DNA from: an uncultured Spirochaetota bacterium | GTDB taxonomy: Bacteria; Spirochaetota; Spirochaetia; SZUA-6; Fen-1364 | DNA length: 64,000 bases | Reading direction: 5' to 3' | NCBI GenBank assembly: GCA_963734545.1 | Contig: CAVTHO010000007.1 | Coordinates: 640,001 to 704,000 of the forward strand | In this document: piece by piece, positions 28,075 to 38,710 of the stretch | How positions within the stretch are numbered: the first letter of the stretch is position 1 | How the letters are laid out: each line of letters starts with the position of its first letter | Program-made: the position numbers and the translations under genes | Notes under the pieces: generated by a model | Database searches by the model: none | Told to the model about the DNA's origin: nothing | Seen by the model: the letters and a program-made list of their open reading frames with translations, nothing else

Positions 28075-28104
28075 AGTATAGTTTTTCCGGAAAAACATGG
28101 TCAA
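28075..28104 (-). promoter_or_regulatory. Leaderless-type promoter with a 16-bp palindrome in its spacer
   Basis: TTGACC (28104-28099), 18 nt, TATACT (28080-28075), 6 nt, ATG; GTTTTTCCGGAAAAAC at 28081-28096. Confidence 0.7.
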
Positions 28105-29224
28105 GACAAAAGCCACACTTCTTGCGAAAGCCGCACTTCTTGCGGCCCTTGTCGTCCTTCTGGCGTGCTGCACGCAACGGCAGCAGGGCTTCCTGCTCCA
28201 TCCCGAGAGCATGGCGATTCCCGTGAACACGCCGGGCCGGTTCATGTCGCTCGCGGTGGCCGGCACGAACCTGCTGGCAGTTTTTTCCGAAAAAGAGACC
28301 ACCACGTTGAAATTCATGCAGCTCCCCCTCGGCGCCCGCCTGCCGGCTGAGGCCCCTGCTCCGACGATCGTGGACAAGGTCGATGTGTCACCGCCTCTCT
28401 TCCCTGCATTCGGTTCCCACGTGCTTGCCGCGCGCGGTGACGCAATCGACATCCTCTATCTGGATCGAGAAAGCGAGGACAGGTTCGTTCTGAAGCTCGC
28501 ATCGAAATCGCTGGAGGCGCCGCTGTGGAATCTCGACGTCCTGGAGCCCGCAGGTGAACCACTCGCGGTGCTCCCTGCTGAAAATGGAGGCGTAACCGCA
28601 TTCTGGTCGGCGGGTGGGATTCTCTCGCGCAGGCTCCCCGGTGCTTCACCTCTGTCGACATTGCGGAGCTCATTTCAACCCGCCGGGCAGGCAAGCGTCT
28701 TTGCACCTGACGGATTCACCGTGTTTGATGCTGTCTCAGGCTCCCTGATCGTGGTGCGGGGGAGCGAAGACGGCTTCATCAGCCGCGAGCTCGCGGGGGC
28801 AACTTCGGTCCATTCGTCACTCCTCGGGTCGAACGGACTGCTCGCCGTGCTGACGTGGGATGCCCTGACACGGCGCCTCTCTCTCCTGGAGCAGCAGGCG
28901 GACATGCAGAAGATCTCCCGCACCACTATTACTTTGAGCGAAGGGACGGACGCATTGGCCTTGCTGCCCGCCCCCACGCGATCGACCTACATGTTTCTCT
29001 TCGATGAGGAACGACAGATGGGCGGCATACGCGTGCAGCACCAGCTTTCGATCATCGCTCCGGGATACCTGCTGGGCGCAATCGGGGCTCGGTACAGGAA
29101 AGCCACCCTTCTCTCCGGGACAGAGCCGATAGAGGGTTTTTCCGCGGTCGAAGCGCAGGGCGCGCTCTACGTTCTCGCGCTCCAGGGGCGTCTCACGCTC
29201 CTGCGTCTCGGGCTCGGCAGATAG
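28097..29224 (+). CDS. Hypothetical lipoprotein, beta-rich
   Basis: Signal peptide ending LLACC; 375 aa. Confidence 0.7.
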   Translation: MVKTKATLLAKAALLAALVVLLACCTQRQQGFLLHPESMAIPVNTPGRFMSLAVAGTNLLAVFSEKETTTLKFMQLPLGARLPAEAPAPTIVDKVDVSPPLFPAFGSHVLAARGDAIDILYLDRESEDRFVLKLASKSLEAPLWNLDVLEPAGEPLAVLPAENGGVTAFWSAGGILSRRLPGASPLSTLRSSFQPAGQASVFAPDGFTVFDAVSGSLIVVRGSEDGFISRELAGATSVHSSLLGSNGLLAVLTWDALTRRLSLLEQQADMQKISRTTITLSEGTDALALLPAPTRSTYMFLFDEERQMGGIRVQHQLSIIAPGYLLGAIGARYRKATLLSGTEPIEGFSAVEAQGALYVLALQGRLTLLRLGLGR

Positions 29225-29306
29225 GCTGCGACCGCGGCCCTGCCCGCAAGGTACCGCAGCCGGCCGGCGGAATACAGCGGCCCGCGAGCGGAATACCGCA
29301 GACGGA

Positions 29307-29978
29307 CTAGTTGACGATGACTATTTTCGATCCGAGATGTTCGTACAGGAACTTCTGCGCCCATGCATGCCATGCGCTGAAATCACCGCCCTCGCGCTCC
29401 GCTGCGGGACCGGCCGCCAGGAATGCCTGCAGCTCCGCGATTCTCTCCCGCGCGCTCTCGGGAACTGCACCGGCCTTCAAGAGAGCATCAGCGGCCCGCA
29501 GCATGCCGCAGGTCTGATCGAGAGAGATACCCCGGGTTTCGGCGAGCTTGCGCAGGGCCTCGCACACCACTGTTTCCAGCACTCCCAGCGCCTTTTGCCC
29601 TTCTCCCCTTTCCGCGAACAGGAGCGCGCGGGAAAGGAACGAGTTGAAAATGTTGACGCTGAGCATGAGATCCTTGTGGTAGAAATACCCCTTCCGAATG
29701 TCGTCACGCGCCCCCTGAAGGATCCCCAGGTAGAGCAGCGTAGAATTGTAGTGGTCGAAGAACTTGAGATTGGCGAAACTGTCGTAGTGTGGACTGGACG
29801 TGCCGAAGGTTGAGCGGAGAAGGGTCAGGCAGCTCGTACGCCATGCTTCGAACGCCTGCGCATCTATCGCCTTTTTCGCGCCGGCGAAATACATCTTCTT
29901 GCACTCATCCTTGATCAGCTCGCCCTTGCTTATAAGGTCGTCGAAGAGCCCGATCACATTTTTGGGAACATCCACCAT
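29307..29978 (-). CDS. DUF4145/HEPN-like protein lacking the catalytic motif
   Basis: W...CLTLL...FG..S.HY..F...GILQGA..DI..G N-terminal pattern plus EALRKLA helical HEPN-like half; no R-x4-H. Confidence 0.55.
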   Translation of the reverse strand: MVDVPKNVIGLFDDLISKGELIKDECKKMYFAGAKKAIDAQAFEAWRTSCLTLLRSTFGTSSPHYDSFANLKFFDHYNSTLLYLGILQGARDDIRKGYFYHKDLMLSVNIFNSFLSRALLFAERGEGQKALGVLETVVCEALRKLAETRGISLDQTCGMLRAADALLKAGAVPESARERIAELQAFLAAGPAAEREGGDFSAWHAWAQKFLYEHLGSKIVIVN

Positions 29979-29984
29979 CGCTGT

Positions 29985-30014
29985 ATATTAGTCTGATGAG
30001 ACCTTTGGTGTCAA
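29985..30014 (-). promoter_or_regulatory. Sigma70-like promoter, probably leaderless
   Basis: TTGACA (30014-30009), 18 nt, TAATAT (29990-29985), 6 nt, ATG 29978. Confidence 0.7.
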
Positions 30015-30043
30015 TGACAGGTGCAAGTGATACTATCGCATGT

Positions 30044-30526
30044 CTATAATTTCCTGTACACCTGGTCTATCTCCGGCTCTTTCACCACGAGAATCGAGCA
30101 CTTGGAATGTTTCAAAATCTCGCGGTGCTGGCGGCTGAGAGCGTCCCGAAAGCTTCCTCTCTCCTCGAAACCGCCCAGGAGAATAAGGTCAGCGCCATTC
30201 TCCTCGGCGGCTTCGACGATTTCTGTCGAGATCGCGCCACGCCGCAGCAGCTTGTCCACCGCAACGCCTTTCTTTTCGGCCAGCTCGTCCACGTAATTGA
30301 GATAACGCTGACCATTCTGCTCGAGGCTCCTCTCATATTCGGAGCTCTCATCTTCCACGAAGATCTTCGACAAGAGCAGCTCCTTGAGCGTGGCCGTGTC
30401 CACGACATACACCGCCAGGAGCTTGCAGCGGTAGAGCTTCGCCATGGCAATGCCGTACTTGGCGGCATTGATGGAAGCCTCGGACCCGCTGACCGCAACC
30501 ACGATTTTCTGCAGCAGCAACTTCAT
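30044..30526 (-). CDS. Universal stress protein (UspA family)
   Basis: KIVVAVSGSEAS..A...ADLILLG...ILKHSKCSILVVK; its ATG overlaps the subunit D stop (ATGA). Confidence 0.9.
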   Translation of the reverse strand: MKLLLQKIVVAVSGSEASINAAKYGIAMAKLYRCKLLAVYVVDTATLKELLLSKIFVEDESSEYERSLEQNGQRYLNYVDELAEKKGVAVDKLLRRGAISTEIVEAAEENGADLILLGGFEERGSFRDALSRQHREILKHSKCSILVVKEPEIDQVYRKL

Positions 30527-31153
30527 ACTCTGTCTCCCAGCAGGCGCGCTTTCAGGATCTTCTGCACGAAGAAGACCTCGCGCTCTCTCTCTTCGAGCAC
30601 GCCTTCGATGAACTTCTTTGTATCTTCGACGTCGGGGATCACGATCCGCTCGAGCGCGTTGACGCGTCGCTGCGTCTTTCGCACTTCCTTTGCCAGGCGC
30701 CACACCATTGTCCGTATTTCCGCCATTCGCGCAATCGAGCTTCAAGAGCTCGAAGAACTCGATCGTCAGCCTGTCACACGAGCTGTCCGTGCTCATGAAC
30801 GAGTACTTCAGCTCCATGTGCGGCATATCCATCTCGAGGGTCGGCAGAGGGATCCCCATCAGCTTTCCCTGCCTCTCGCGCACCGCATAGTCGAATCGTA
30901 TTCCCGCGCTCACGTCGCGAGCCGTCTCCCGCCCCATGCGTGCGAGCATGTTCTTGAGGGACCCGTAGGAGGTCGCGATCCTCTTGTCCATGTCGTGCTC
31001 GAGCAGCTTCACTTCCTCCACCATGCGCATGAGCTCCATGATCAGGATCTCACGCTTCTGCTCCAGCAGCTCGAATCCCTCCCGCGCGATGCCGAGCTGC
31101 TCCTTGACGGAGAGGAGGGACGATTTTGTCGGGGGAACATCGTAACGCGCCAT
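30523..31153 (-). CDS. atpD: V/A-type ATP synthase subunit D (frameshift near 30735)
   Basis: PTKSSLL...GFELLEQKREIL, then EVRKTQRRVNALERIVIP in the 30523-30726 frame. Confidence 0.9.
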
Positions 31154-31154
31154 G

Positions 31155-32573
31155 CTACTTCTTCGTGCCCCCCGCCCGCTCCTGCAGCGGCGCATCGCTG
31201 CCGGAAGGGAAATACTTGCGCAGCGTCTCCTCCCTGACCCTGTACAGCTCGGTCCGCGGCAGCGCGGTCAATATCTTCCAGCCGAGATCGAGGGTCTGGT
31301 CGATGCTCCGATTTTCACGCTCCCCCTGGGCGAGGAACTCTCTCTCGAAACGGTCCCCGAAGCTGAGGTACCCCTTGTCCAGATCGGACAGCTCTTCTTC
31401 ACCGATGACAGCCGCGAGCGACCTGATACTCTTGACCCGCGAATAGCCGGCGAAAAGCTGCGACGCGAGCTCCTTGTGGTCTTCCCGCGTCATTCCCGGG
31501 CCGATCCCGTCCTTCATGAGCCGGGAAAGCGAGGGGAGCCCGGCGACCGGTGGATAGATGCCTTTCTGGAACAGCTCCCGCTCCAGCACGATCTGCCCTT
31601 CGGTGATGTAGCCCGAGAGGTCGGGCACCGGGTGGGAGATGTCATCATTGGGCATTGTCAGCACGGGGATCTGGGTGATGGAGCCCCGTGAGCCTTCGAT
31701 CTTGCCGGCCCGTTCATACAGGGAAGCGAGGTCGGAGTACAGGTAGCCCGGATATCCCTTTCGCGAGGGGATCTCTCCGCGAATTGTGGACACCTCGCGA
31801 AGCGATTCGCAGTAGTTTGTCATGTCCGTCATGACCACGAGCACGTGCATGTCGCACTGGTAGGCAAGGTACTCCGCCGCGGTAAGAGCGCAGCGCGGCG
31901 TGATCAACCTTTCTATGGACGGATCGTCCGCGAGGGAAAGGAACATGACCACGTTGGCCAGGACCCCGCTCTCCTCGAAGGTCTGGATGAAAAACCTCGC
32001 CACGTCATATTTGACGCCCATGGCGGCGAACACCATGACGAACGGCTCATCCGACGTAAGGATTCTTGCCTGCCGGATGATCTGGGCGGCAAGCCTGTTG
32101 TGCGGAAGGCCATTGCCGGAAAAGATGGGCAGCTTCTGACCCCGAATGAGGGTATTCATCCCGTCGATGCAGGAGATTCCGGTCTGAATGAAGTCCTTGG
32201 GGTACGTGCGGGCATCGGGATTGATCGGCACTCCGTTCACGTCGAGCAGGAGGGAGCTGAAGGCCGCCGGGTAGCCGTCGATGGGCTTGCCGAGGCCGTC
32301 GAAGATCCGCCCGAGCATGTCACGTGAGACACGCATTTCCATGGGCCGTCCGCTGAACTCGACCGAGGAGGTGTCCGTCGAGAGGCCCGTGTTGGTGCCG
32401 AAGATCTGCACGGCGACAGCGTTTTCGGAGATCTCGATGATCCGTCCCGTGCGCTCGGCCCTGCTTCGATCGTATACCCTGACCAGCTCGCCCAGACCGA
32501 CGTTCTCCGTTCGCGCAAGGATGATGATGGGGCCGTCCACTTTTGTCAGACCGCGGTGTTCCAGCCCTTTCAT
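31155..32573 (-). CDS. atpB: V/A-type ATP synthase subunit B
   Basis: [46 protein letters not shown]. Confidence 0.97.
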   Translation of the reverse strand: MKGLEHRGLTKVDGPIIILARTENVGLGELVRVYDRSRAERTGRIIEISENAVAVQIFGTNTGLSTDTSSVEFSGRPMEMRVSRDMLGRIFDGLGKPIDGYPAAFSSLLLDVNGVPINPDARTYPKDFIQTGISCIDGMNTLIRGQKLPIFSGNGLPHNRLAAQIIRQARILTSDEPFVMVFAAMGVKYDVARFFIQTFEESGVLANVVMFLSLADDPSIERLITPRCALTAAEYLAYQCDMHVLVVMTDMTNYCESLREVSTIRGEIPSRKGYPGYLYSDLASLYERAGKIEGSRGSITQIPVLTMPNDDISHPVPDLSGYITEGQIVLERELFQKGIYPPVAGLPSLSRLMKDGIGPGMTREDHKELASQLFAGYSRVKSIRSLAAVIGEEELSDLDKGYLSFGDRFEREFLAQGERENRSIDQTLDLGWKILTALPRTELYRVREETLRKYFPSGSDAPLQERAGGTKK

Positions 32574-34324
32574 TTCCTGTAGCTCCTCTCCAGATCGTCC
32601 ATCTCCGCCGTCATGAGAGATTCAATGTCCGTAAGCTTCGCAAGGTCGTCGTTCCTGATCGTCGACTTGGCCCGCACGATGCGTTCCTGGCAGGAGAGCT
32701 CCCTGATCTTCAGAAGCGGCGCGCCGAGGTTGATGAGGGCCAGAGCGCGGAAATAGAAATCCATGATGAGCTTCAGGGTCCTCACCTGCTTGTCGGGCAC
32801 ACAGAACATGTCGATCTCATCATACGCGTTCTGCTGGAGGAACCCGTTCTTGATCATCTCCGCCGCAAGGAGCACGAGTCTCTGGTTGTCGGGAAGGGCG
32901 TCGGGGCCGATCAGCTTGACGATCTGGCTGAGCCTCTGCTCCCGCTTCAGAAGCTCGATGGCCTTTTCCCTGGCCGCGCTCCAATCCGGGTTGACCTTTT
33001 CCCACCACGGCCTGATCTCCTCCGCGTACTCACTGTAGGAATCAATCCAGGAGATCGCGGGATAGTGGCGCGCATTTGCCAGGTCCCTGTCCAGCGCCCA
33101 GAAGCAGCGGATGAACCGCTTTGTGTGCTGCGTGACCGGTTCGGAGAAGTCTCCGCCGGGCGGCGACACGGCTCCGATCACCGAAATCGATCCGAGCCGG
33201 CCTCCCAGGGCCTTCACTTTGCCCGCCCTCTCGTAGAATTCGGCAAGCCGGGTGGGCAGATACGCCGGGAAGCCTTCATCCGCCGGCATCTCCTCCAGGC
33301 GGCCCGAGAGCTCGCGCAGAGCCTCTGCCCAGCGTGAGGTCGAATCCGCCATTATTGCCACGTCGTACCCCATGTCGCGGTAGTACTCGGCCAGCGTGAC
33401 ACCGGTGTAGATCGAAACCTCCCGGGCCGCAACCGGCATGTTGGAAGTATTGGCAATGAGGATCGTCCGCTCCATGAGGGATTTGCCGGTACGCGGATCC
33501 TGGATCTTGGGGAACTCCGTGAGAACGTCGGTCATCTCGTTCCCGCGCTCGCCGCAGCCGATATAGACGATGATGTCGGCGTCGCACCATTTGGCAAGCG
33601 CGTGCTGCGTCATGGTTTTTCCGGTGCCGAACCCGCCGGGGATCGCAGCAGTCCCGCCGCGTGAGATGGGAAAAAACACATCGATGACGCGCTGTCCGGT
33701 GACCAGCGGCTCATCCATCCCCATCTTCTCGATGTAGGGGCGCGGCTTCCGTACCGGCCAGTACTGGGACATCGTCATTTCCCGGCCGCCTGGGAACTTC
33801 GCGACCACCTCGCCGAGCGTGTACTCTCCCTCCGCGGCGATCCATTCGACTCGGGACTCCTTCATTTCGGGGGAGGCGATGATCTTGTGCAGTATCGTCG
33901 CGGATTCCTGTACCTCCCCCACGATAAGTCCTGGGGCGGCCGTGTCGCCGCGGCTGCAGCGCGGCACGAAGCGCCATTTCCTCTCCATGGGCAGGGGCTC
34001 GATCTTGATCCCGGGAGTGATGAATCCACCAGACGTTTTCTTGATCTCCTCGAGGGGACGCTGGATCCCGTCATAGATCTGTCCGAGAAGCCCGGGCCCC
34101 AGGTGAACAGAGAGCGGCCGTTCCAGAGAATACGCGCTTTCCCCTATGCGCATTCCCGTGTTGTCCTCGTAGATCTGGATCGTGGCCTTGTCCCCTTCCA
34201 GGCGGATGATCTCGCCGATCAGCCGTTTCTCCCCGATCTCCACCACGTCATACAGTCCGCTGCCGCCCAGACCGGTGGCCTTGAGGATCGGGCCATTTAT
34301 CTGGATTACTCTGCCTTCGATCAT
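32570..34324 (-). CDS. atpA: V/A-type ATP synthase subunit A
   Basis: Walker [40 protein letters not shown]. Confidence 0.97.
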   Translation of the reverse strand: MIEGRVIQINGPILKATGLGGSGLYDVVEIGEKRLIGEIIRLEGDKATIQIYEDNTGMRIGESAYSLERPLSVHLGPGLLGQIYDGIQRPLEEIKKTSGGFITPGIKIEPLPMERKWRFVPRCSRGDTAAPGLIVGEVQESATILHKIIASPEMKESRVEWIAAEGEYTLGEVVAKFPGGREMTMSQYWPVRKPRPYIEKMGMDEPLVTGQRVIDVFFPISRGGTAAIPGGFGTGKTMTQHALAKWCDADIIVYIGCGERGNEMTDVLTEFPKIQDPRTGKSLMERTILIANTSNMPVAAREVSIYTGVTLAEYYRDMGYDVAIMADSTSRWAEALRELSGRLEEMPADEGFPAYLPTRLAEFYERAGKVKALGGRLGSISVIGAVSPPGGDFSEPVTQHTKRFIRCFWALDRDLANARHYPAISWIDSYSEYAEEIRPWWEKVNPDWSAAREKAIELLKREQRLSQIVKLIGPDALPDNQRLVLLAAEMIKNGFLQQNAYDEIDMFCVPDKQVRTLKLIMDFYFRALALINLGAPLLKIRELSCQERIVRAKSTIRNDDLAKLTDIESLMTAEMDDLERSYRK

Positions 34325-34965
34325 CTCTGCACGTCTCGGCGCGGTACTTCGCGCATTTCTTTTCCAAACAACGCGATCATGAGCTCTTCGCGACGCTCCT
34401 CGAGGAGGAGTCCCGTCAATTCATTCATCGTTCCCCGGTACCGTCTGCTGCCGTCAATCGTCTCCAGGATGATCCCCTTTCCCGCCAGCGCGGCCGCTTC
34501 TTCGGGAAGCTGCCTGACATCTTCCACGATCGCGCTCGGGATGCAGTCCTGGACGATCCGCCGCGCCTCGTCGGCGCCCATCCCGGTGAAGGAGACCGCC
34601 ACCCGCGCACCCTTGAATGAGTCCGACGCGCGCCTGAGCATCTGTCCGACGATCCGATTCAGCTCGAGGCTCGAGAGTCCTTCACATACATCCCGGAGCG
34701 CCCCCGCGACCGCCTCCTGAATGAATACAAGCCTCGTCCGCAGATATTCCAGGGGGAGCGAGGATGCAAGCTCCTGGCGCAGGGCGCCGAGACGGGCGTC
34801 ACGCGCGGCATCGAGCCGGTCGGTCTCCTCCTGGAAGCTGCGCTGCCACTCCGCGCGCAGCGCGCTGCACTCTTTGTCCGCTGTCTCCAGAAGCCGCCGC
34901 GCTTTGTTCCGTGTATCCTCGAGGATCTGGGATTCCATTGCATCGCTTGTTCTAAGGATTTCCAT
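34321..34965 (-). CDS. atpE: V/A-type ATP synthase subunit E
   Basis: Operon position; N-terminal coiled coil; GIILET.DG..RY C-terminal motif. Confidence 0.8.
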   Translation of the reverse strand: MEILRTSDAMESQILEDTRNKARRLLETADKECSALRAEWQRSFQEETDRLDAARDARLGALRQELASSLPLEYLRTRLVFIQEAVAGALRDVCEGLSSLELNRIVGQMLRRASDSFKGARVAVSFTGMGADEARRIVQDCIPSAIVEDVRQLPEEAAALAGKGIILETIDGSRRYRGTMNELTGLLLEERREELMIALFGKEMREVPRRDVQR

Positions 34966-34992
34966 TACCGTTCCCTTCGGCATCCGGTCGTC

Positions 34993-35298
34993 TCATACAT
35001 GGAGCCCGACGGCTTCGCGGATTGCGTCGATCAGGCCGGCGCGGCCGGCCACATGTCCCGCGATGCCGGGTATTTCCACCAGAAGCGGGTAGACGCCGCT
35101 CATTTGCCAGTCCATCACTTCGCGGGGAATCATGGCAGATACCTGCTCAGAGAGGATCAGTACCCTGACCTCGGGGGACGTCGTGGCAGCCCGAAACGCT
35201 GCGCGCGCTTCATCAGCTGTCTCCACGACGGTTCCCGGAACTCCGACGAAGCGGAATCCGATCACGAGCTCTTCCCCGCCTATGATATGGAACGCCAC
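34993..35298 (-). CDS. atpF: V/A-type ATP synthase subunit F
   Basis: IIGGEELVIGFRFVGV...PLLVEIP...IREAVG; GTG start after SD GGGGAG. Confidence 0.9.
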   Translation of the reverse strand: MAFHIIGGEELVIGFRFVGVPGTVVETADEARAAFRAATTSPEVRVLILSEQVSAMIPREVMDWQMSGVYPLLVEIPGIAGHVAGRAGLIDAIREAVGLHV

Positions 35299-35418
35299 GC
35301 GACGAACTCCCCTAGACCGCACCGCCCGTAGGGCGGTATACGGGGGTACCCGTTCGGCGCGAACGCCGTCCACGCGCCGGGCGCGACCGTCTTTTGCTTG
35401 TCATCGCCCTGCACGCTC

Positions 35419-35724
35419 CTAGGCGGAAAGGATCATCAGCGCGACAATGAACCCCCAGAGGCATATTCCTTCCGCCAATCCGACAAAAGGCAGGGCCTTT
35501 CCCGAGAGATCCGGGTTCTCGCTCATCGCGGCCATGGCCGCGGCGCCGATCTGTCCCACTGCGATGCCGCCTCCAAGCGTTGCCAGCCCGACGGCAACCG
35601 CGGCAGCGATGTATTTGACGACCGGCGCGGGCGCCGCGCCCGGCGCGGCCTCGGCCTGCGCAAACGCCGCTGGCGCGGCACACATCACCAGCAGCGCAAA
35701 GAAGACAATGACTCTTTTCTTCAC
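35419..35724 (-). CDS. atpK: V/A-type ATP synthase proteolipid (subunit K/c)
   Basis: GGGIAVGQIGAAAM...ENP...GLAEGICLWG with the conserved Glu. Confidence 0.92.
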   Translation of the reverse strand: MKKRVIVFFALLVMCAAPAAFAQAEAAPGAAPAPVVKYIAAAVAVGLATLGGGIAVGQIGAAAMAAMSENPDLSGKALPFVGLAEGICLWGFIVALMILSA

Positions 35725-37718
35725 CTCAAACCTCCCGACGTGCGCAGAATAAAAGGCGTGAACTCCTCTCCCGTTTCGTTGAAGAACTTGGAGAAGAACT
35801 CGTAGTATTGAAGCCTGACGATCTGGATCGTCACGATAAGGCCCTCGAGAACGATGATGATGGCGTTCCCGATCAGTATGACAAGTATCTGAAAAACGAT
35901 TCCTGCCGGGGCGCCGCCCACCATGTCCGCCAGAAGGAACACGATGGAGCTGAGCACCGTGTGCGCGAGCCCGAAGGCGGCGACACGGAGAAAGGACACC
36001 GAGTTCGAGACGTAGTAGATCGTCGACTCGAGAATCTCGACGATGCCTTCCATGATGAAACTGAAGAGTCCGTCCTTCAGCACCGGCCGGTGCCCCTCCG
36101 CCAGGCGCACGAGGGGCTCACGGAAAAACAGCGCAAGAAGCGGGAGTGCGACTAGGATCGCGTCAACACCCGAGGCGTGCCCGCCGAGAAGGATCCGCAC
36201 CGCGACAAAGAGCACGTACCAGAAAAAAAGCGCCCCGGCCAGTCCTGTCTTGGAGAGAAACGCCTTTTCCCAGTTTCGGCGGGCCACATGGTTGACGATG
36301 TTGATGGCGAGACCAACCGAATTGATCACCGCACCAATGCCGACAGTCACGCCGAAAAACAGGATGATCTTCTGGAAACCTGCAAGAGAGAGAATGTGGT
36401 CCTGCGGGCGGCCGATGAGCAGCCGCGTCACCATCCGCGTTGCCGGTATGAGCACCTCCTCGTTTGCGAAAAACGATCCATACAGGAAGCCGGCCGCCAT
36501 GGAGGCAATACCGGCCAGGATGAACAGGGTGCCGAAATTCTTTCTGCGGTAAGCCTCGAATGACCGCACCCTCGCCGAATTGATGAGGACGCCGAGCGCG
36601 AGGCCTATGAATCCCTGCCCGACATCACCGAACATGATGCCGAAGAGCAGGACGAACATGACGGCGACAAATGGCGTGGGGTCGACTGTGCCGTACGGTG
36701 GTATGCTGTACGAGAAGACCATCCGCTCGAAAGCGCGAACGATCCTGCCGTGAGGGGTGGAGACAGGCACCCGTGTCTTTCCGGCCTTCACATCGGGAAG
36801 CTCTTCCGGGTCGAACGTGCGGAGGGCGATCGTGCCCCCCGTGAGCGACTCGATTCCCGCTGTGACTTCCGTGAGTCGGCCCCGTGGAATCCACCCGCTC
36901 ACCTTCTGCACGCTGCCCGTTGATGCGAAGCCCTGCTTGACCGCGTCAATCGAGACGTCAATCACGAGATTTGCCAGAAGAAGCCTTATTTCCTCCGACC
37001 ATCTGTCGCGGGCGCGCAGCTTCGATTCCTGGAGCTCCCGCAGTGACTCGTCCACCGAAGCCAGGTCGGCGCGTACCGCTGACAGCATGTCTGAGGGGAT
37101 TCCCTTCGTGCCCTCGGGAAACCTCTTCTCCTGGAAGCCGAGCTTCTTCAGCTCCGAATCCAGGGCCCAGCGGTATTTCTTCGGGCCAACGGCGAGAAAC
37201 TGGCCGGGAAGGTTCAATTTCAGCACGATTGCCCTTTTTTCGAGCCGGCGTCCGAGGACTTCGAGCTTCTCCGGCTCTACGACGCCCATGCGGTATGTAA
37301 GGTGGGTGAGCTGATCGATGTCGCCGAATGACACCTTCAGGTCCGAAAATGCGGAGAGCTCCTCAAGGGTCCGATTCAGGCTCAGCCGGCGCTCCAGCAG
37401 CTGGCGTTCCTGTTCCACGAGTCCCTTCAGATCATCAAGGAGCTTCAACGCGCGCTCCCGCAGCAATGGGCGCTCCGGCGCCGTGATCTGCGCAGTCCCT
37501 TCATCCCCCTCCGGCACTCCGAGGAAATGGGCGAGAGACTCGACCTTGACCTGGAGCTCGGCGACTTCACGCTCGTCCCGGGACAGCTCCCGCTGCTCAC
37601 CCATTTCGGAGATGAGCTGCACGCAGCCGGCATTTCCCAGGTAGCGCAAGACTGCGTCCACGTCGCTCTTCAGGACGAGGAGCTCCATCTTTTTCATTCT
37701 TTCCGTGAAAAGCATCAC
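35721..37718 (-). CDS. atpI: V/A-type ATP synthase subunit I (a)
   Basis: DPTPF, FGIMFGDVGQG, SNSVSFLRVAAFGLAH, RLQYYEFFSKFF. Confidence 0.96.
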   Translation of the reverse strand: MMLFTERMKKMELLVLKSDVDAVLRYLGNAGCVQLISEMGEQRELSRDEREVAELQVKVESLAHFLGVPEGDEGTAQITAPERPLLRERALKLLDDLKGLVEQERQLLERRLSLNRTLEELSAFSDLKVSFGDIDQLTHLTYRMGVVEPEKLEVLGRRLEKRAIVLKLNLPGQFLAVGPKKYRWALDSELKKLGFQEKRFPEGTKGIPSDMLSAVRADLASVDESLRELQESKLRARDRWSEEIRLLLANLVIDVSIDAVKQGFASTGSVQKVSGWIPRGRLTEVTAGIESLTGGTIALRTFDPEELPDVKAGKTRVPVSTPHGRIVRAFERMVFSYSIPPYGTVDPTPFVAVMFVLLFGIMFGDVGQGFIGLALGVLINSARVRSFEAYRRKNFGTLFILAGIASMAAGFLYGSFFANEEVLIPATRMVTRLLIGRPQDHILSLAGFQKIILFFGVTVGIGAVINSVGLAINIVNHVARRNWEKAFLSKTGLAGALFFWYVLFVAVRILLGGHASGVDAILVALPLLALFFREPLVRLAEGHRPVLKDGLFSFIMEGIVEILESTIYYVSNSVSFLRVAAFGLAHTVLSSIVFLLADMVGGAPAGIVFQILVILIGNAIIIVLEGLIVTIQIVRLQYYEFFSKFFNETGEEFTPFILRTSGGLR

Positions 37719-38710
37719 CGCGTCCCGACGAGGCCGAATATCTCCTGCTCGGACATCGAAAGCCAGATGGCCTCCGCGGCGGTCTTCAGAAGGGTCGTCT
37801 CGTATTCCTTCAATTTGAAAAAGGCAAAAAGCGGAGTCAGCGTGAACGGGTTCTGGTGAAAGAGCTGATGCGCCCTCGTGTACATCCGCAGGTCTGCGTG
37901 CCGCGCTGCGCGAATGGGGTCCGGCGCCTGAAAGGATTCACCGAACTGGTCCTCGATGAGCCAGGCGAACCTCCATTTGCGCCATTCCTCGATTGAATCA
38001 GGCGGGATCTCGAAGGCCCTGCCGACCGCCCTGCGCGGGGTGTCCACAAGGCCGGGAATCATGAGGGGGCGGGCATTCTCCCAGCTGAAGCCGAAGAAGA
38101 ATCGCAGCCGGAGAGCCCAGACCACGTTGGCGAGCGCGATCTCCCGCTGTACAAAACGGAGGATGCCCGTTCGGTCCACCGCGGGGAGCGCCCGCGCGAG
38201 CGCGAGCAGCCGGGAGTAGTACTCCGTATCCAGCATGTTTTCGACCAGCGCCAGGGGCTTTGTACGCGCATGGGGCAGGACCCAGGCATAGGGGCTGGCC
38301 CTGAGGGCCTTTTCGTAGTCTTCCGCAGCGTCGAGTCTTATTGCCGCGTAGGGCCCGAGATCCCAGATTCGCACGGATTCGGTCTTGCCATGTCCCATTC
38401 CGCGGATGAGGGTCTTCACGCTCTGGTATTCGAGCCTTCGGAGCAGGTGGACCAGGATTTCAACCGGTTTTCCCAGGGTCTCCAGGACATACGTCATCGA
38501 GTCGACGCCGGCCCTGACGATACGCGTTTCCAGCTCCCGTGCAAGCGCGCGAGGCAGAGCCTCCGGGCGCTCTCCCGGGAAGAGAAGGTCGTACAGGTCC
38601 GCTACCTTTTTCACCCTCAACAGGTCGCGGTAATTTCTGCCGACGTAGGACCGGGCAAGGATGCCGTAGAGCTTCGCGAGTATGAACGCGTAGCGGGACG
38701 TGCGGATCAC
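37715..38710 (-). CDS. atpC: V/A-type ATP synthase subunit C (d)
   Basis: Operon position; YAFI.AK, LDTEYY, EIALANV.W.LR, FF.LKEYE. Confidence 0.82.
   Translation of the reverse strand: MIRTSRYAFILAKLYGILARSYVGRNYRDLLRVKKVADLYDLLFPGERPEALPRALARELETRIVRAGVDSMTYVLETLGKPVEILVHLLRRLEYQSVKTLIRGMGHGKTESVRIWDLGPYAAIRLDAAEDYEKALRASPYAWVLPHARTKPLALVENMLDTEYYSRLLALARALPAVDRTGILRFVQREIALANVVWALRLRFFFGFSWENARPLMIPGLVDTPRRAVGRAFEIPPDSIEEWRKWRFAWLIEDQFGESFQAPDPIRAARHADLRMYTRAHQLFHQNPFTLTPLFAFFKLKEYETTLLKTAAEAIWLSMSEQEIFGLVGTR

Noticed and set aside
27340-28452. 370-aa version of the HEPN-like ORF overlapping the lipoprotein gene
   Set aside because: The extension is antisense to the lipoprotein gene, and promoter spacing supports ATG 28068.
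29225-29306. Short repeats (GCGGAATAC x2, TACCGCAG x2) between convergent genes as a mini-CRISPR or REP
   Set aside because: They are too short and irregular, with no spacer structure and no cas or transposase gene nearby.
30044-31195. Apparent fusion of V-ATPase subunit D and Usp in the ORF track
   Set aside because: A frameshift near 30735 creates it; the true D C-terminus is in frame 30523-30726 and usp has its own ATG.
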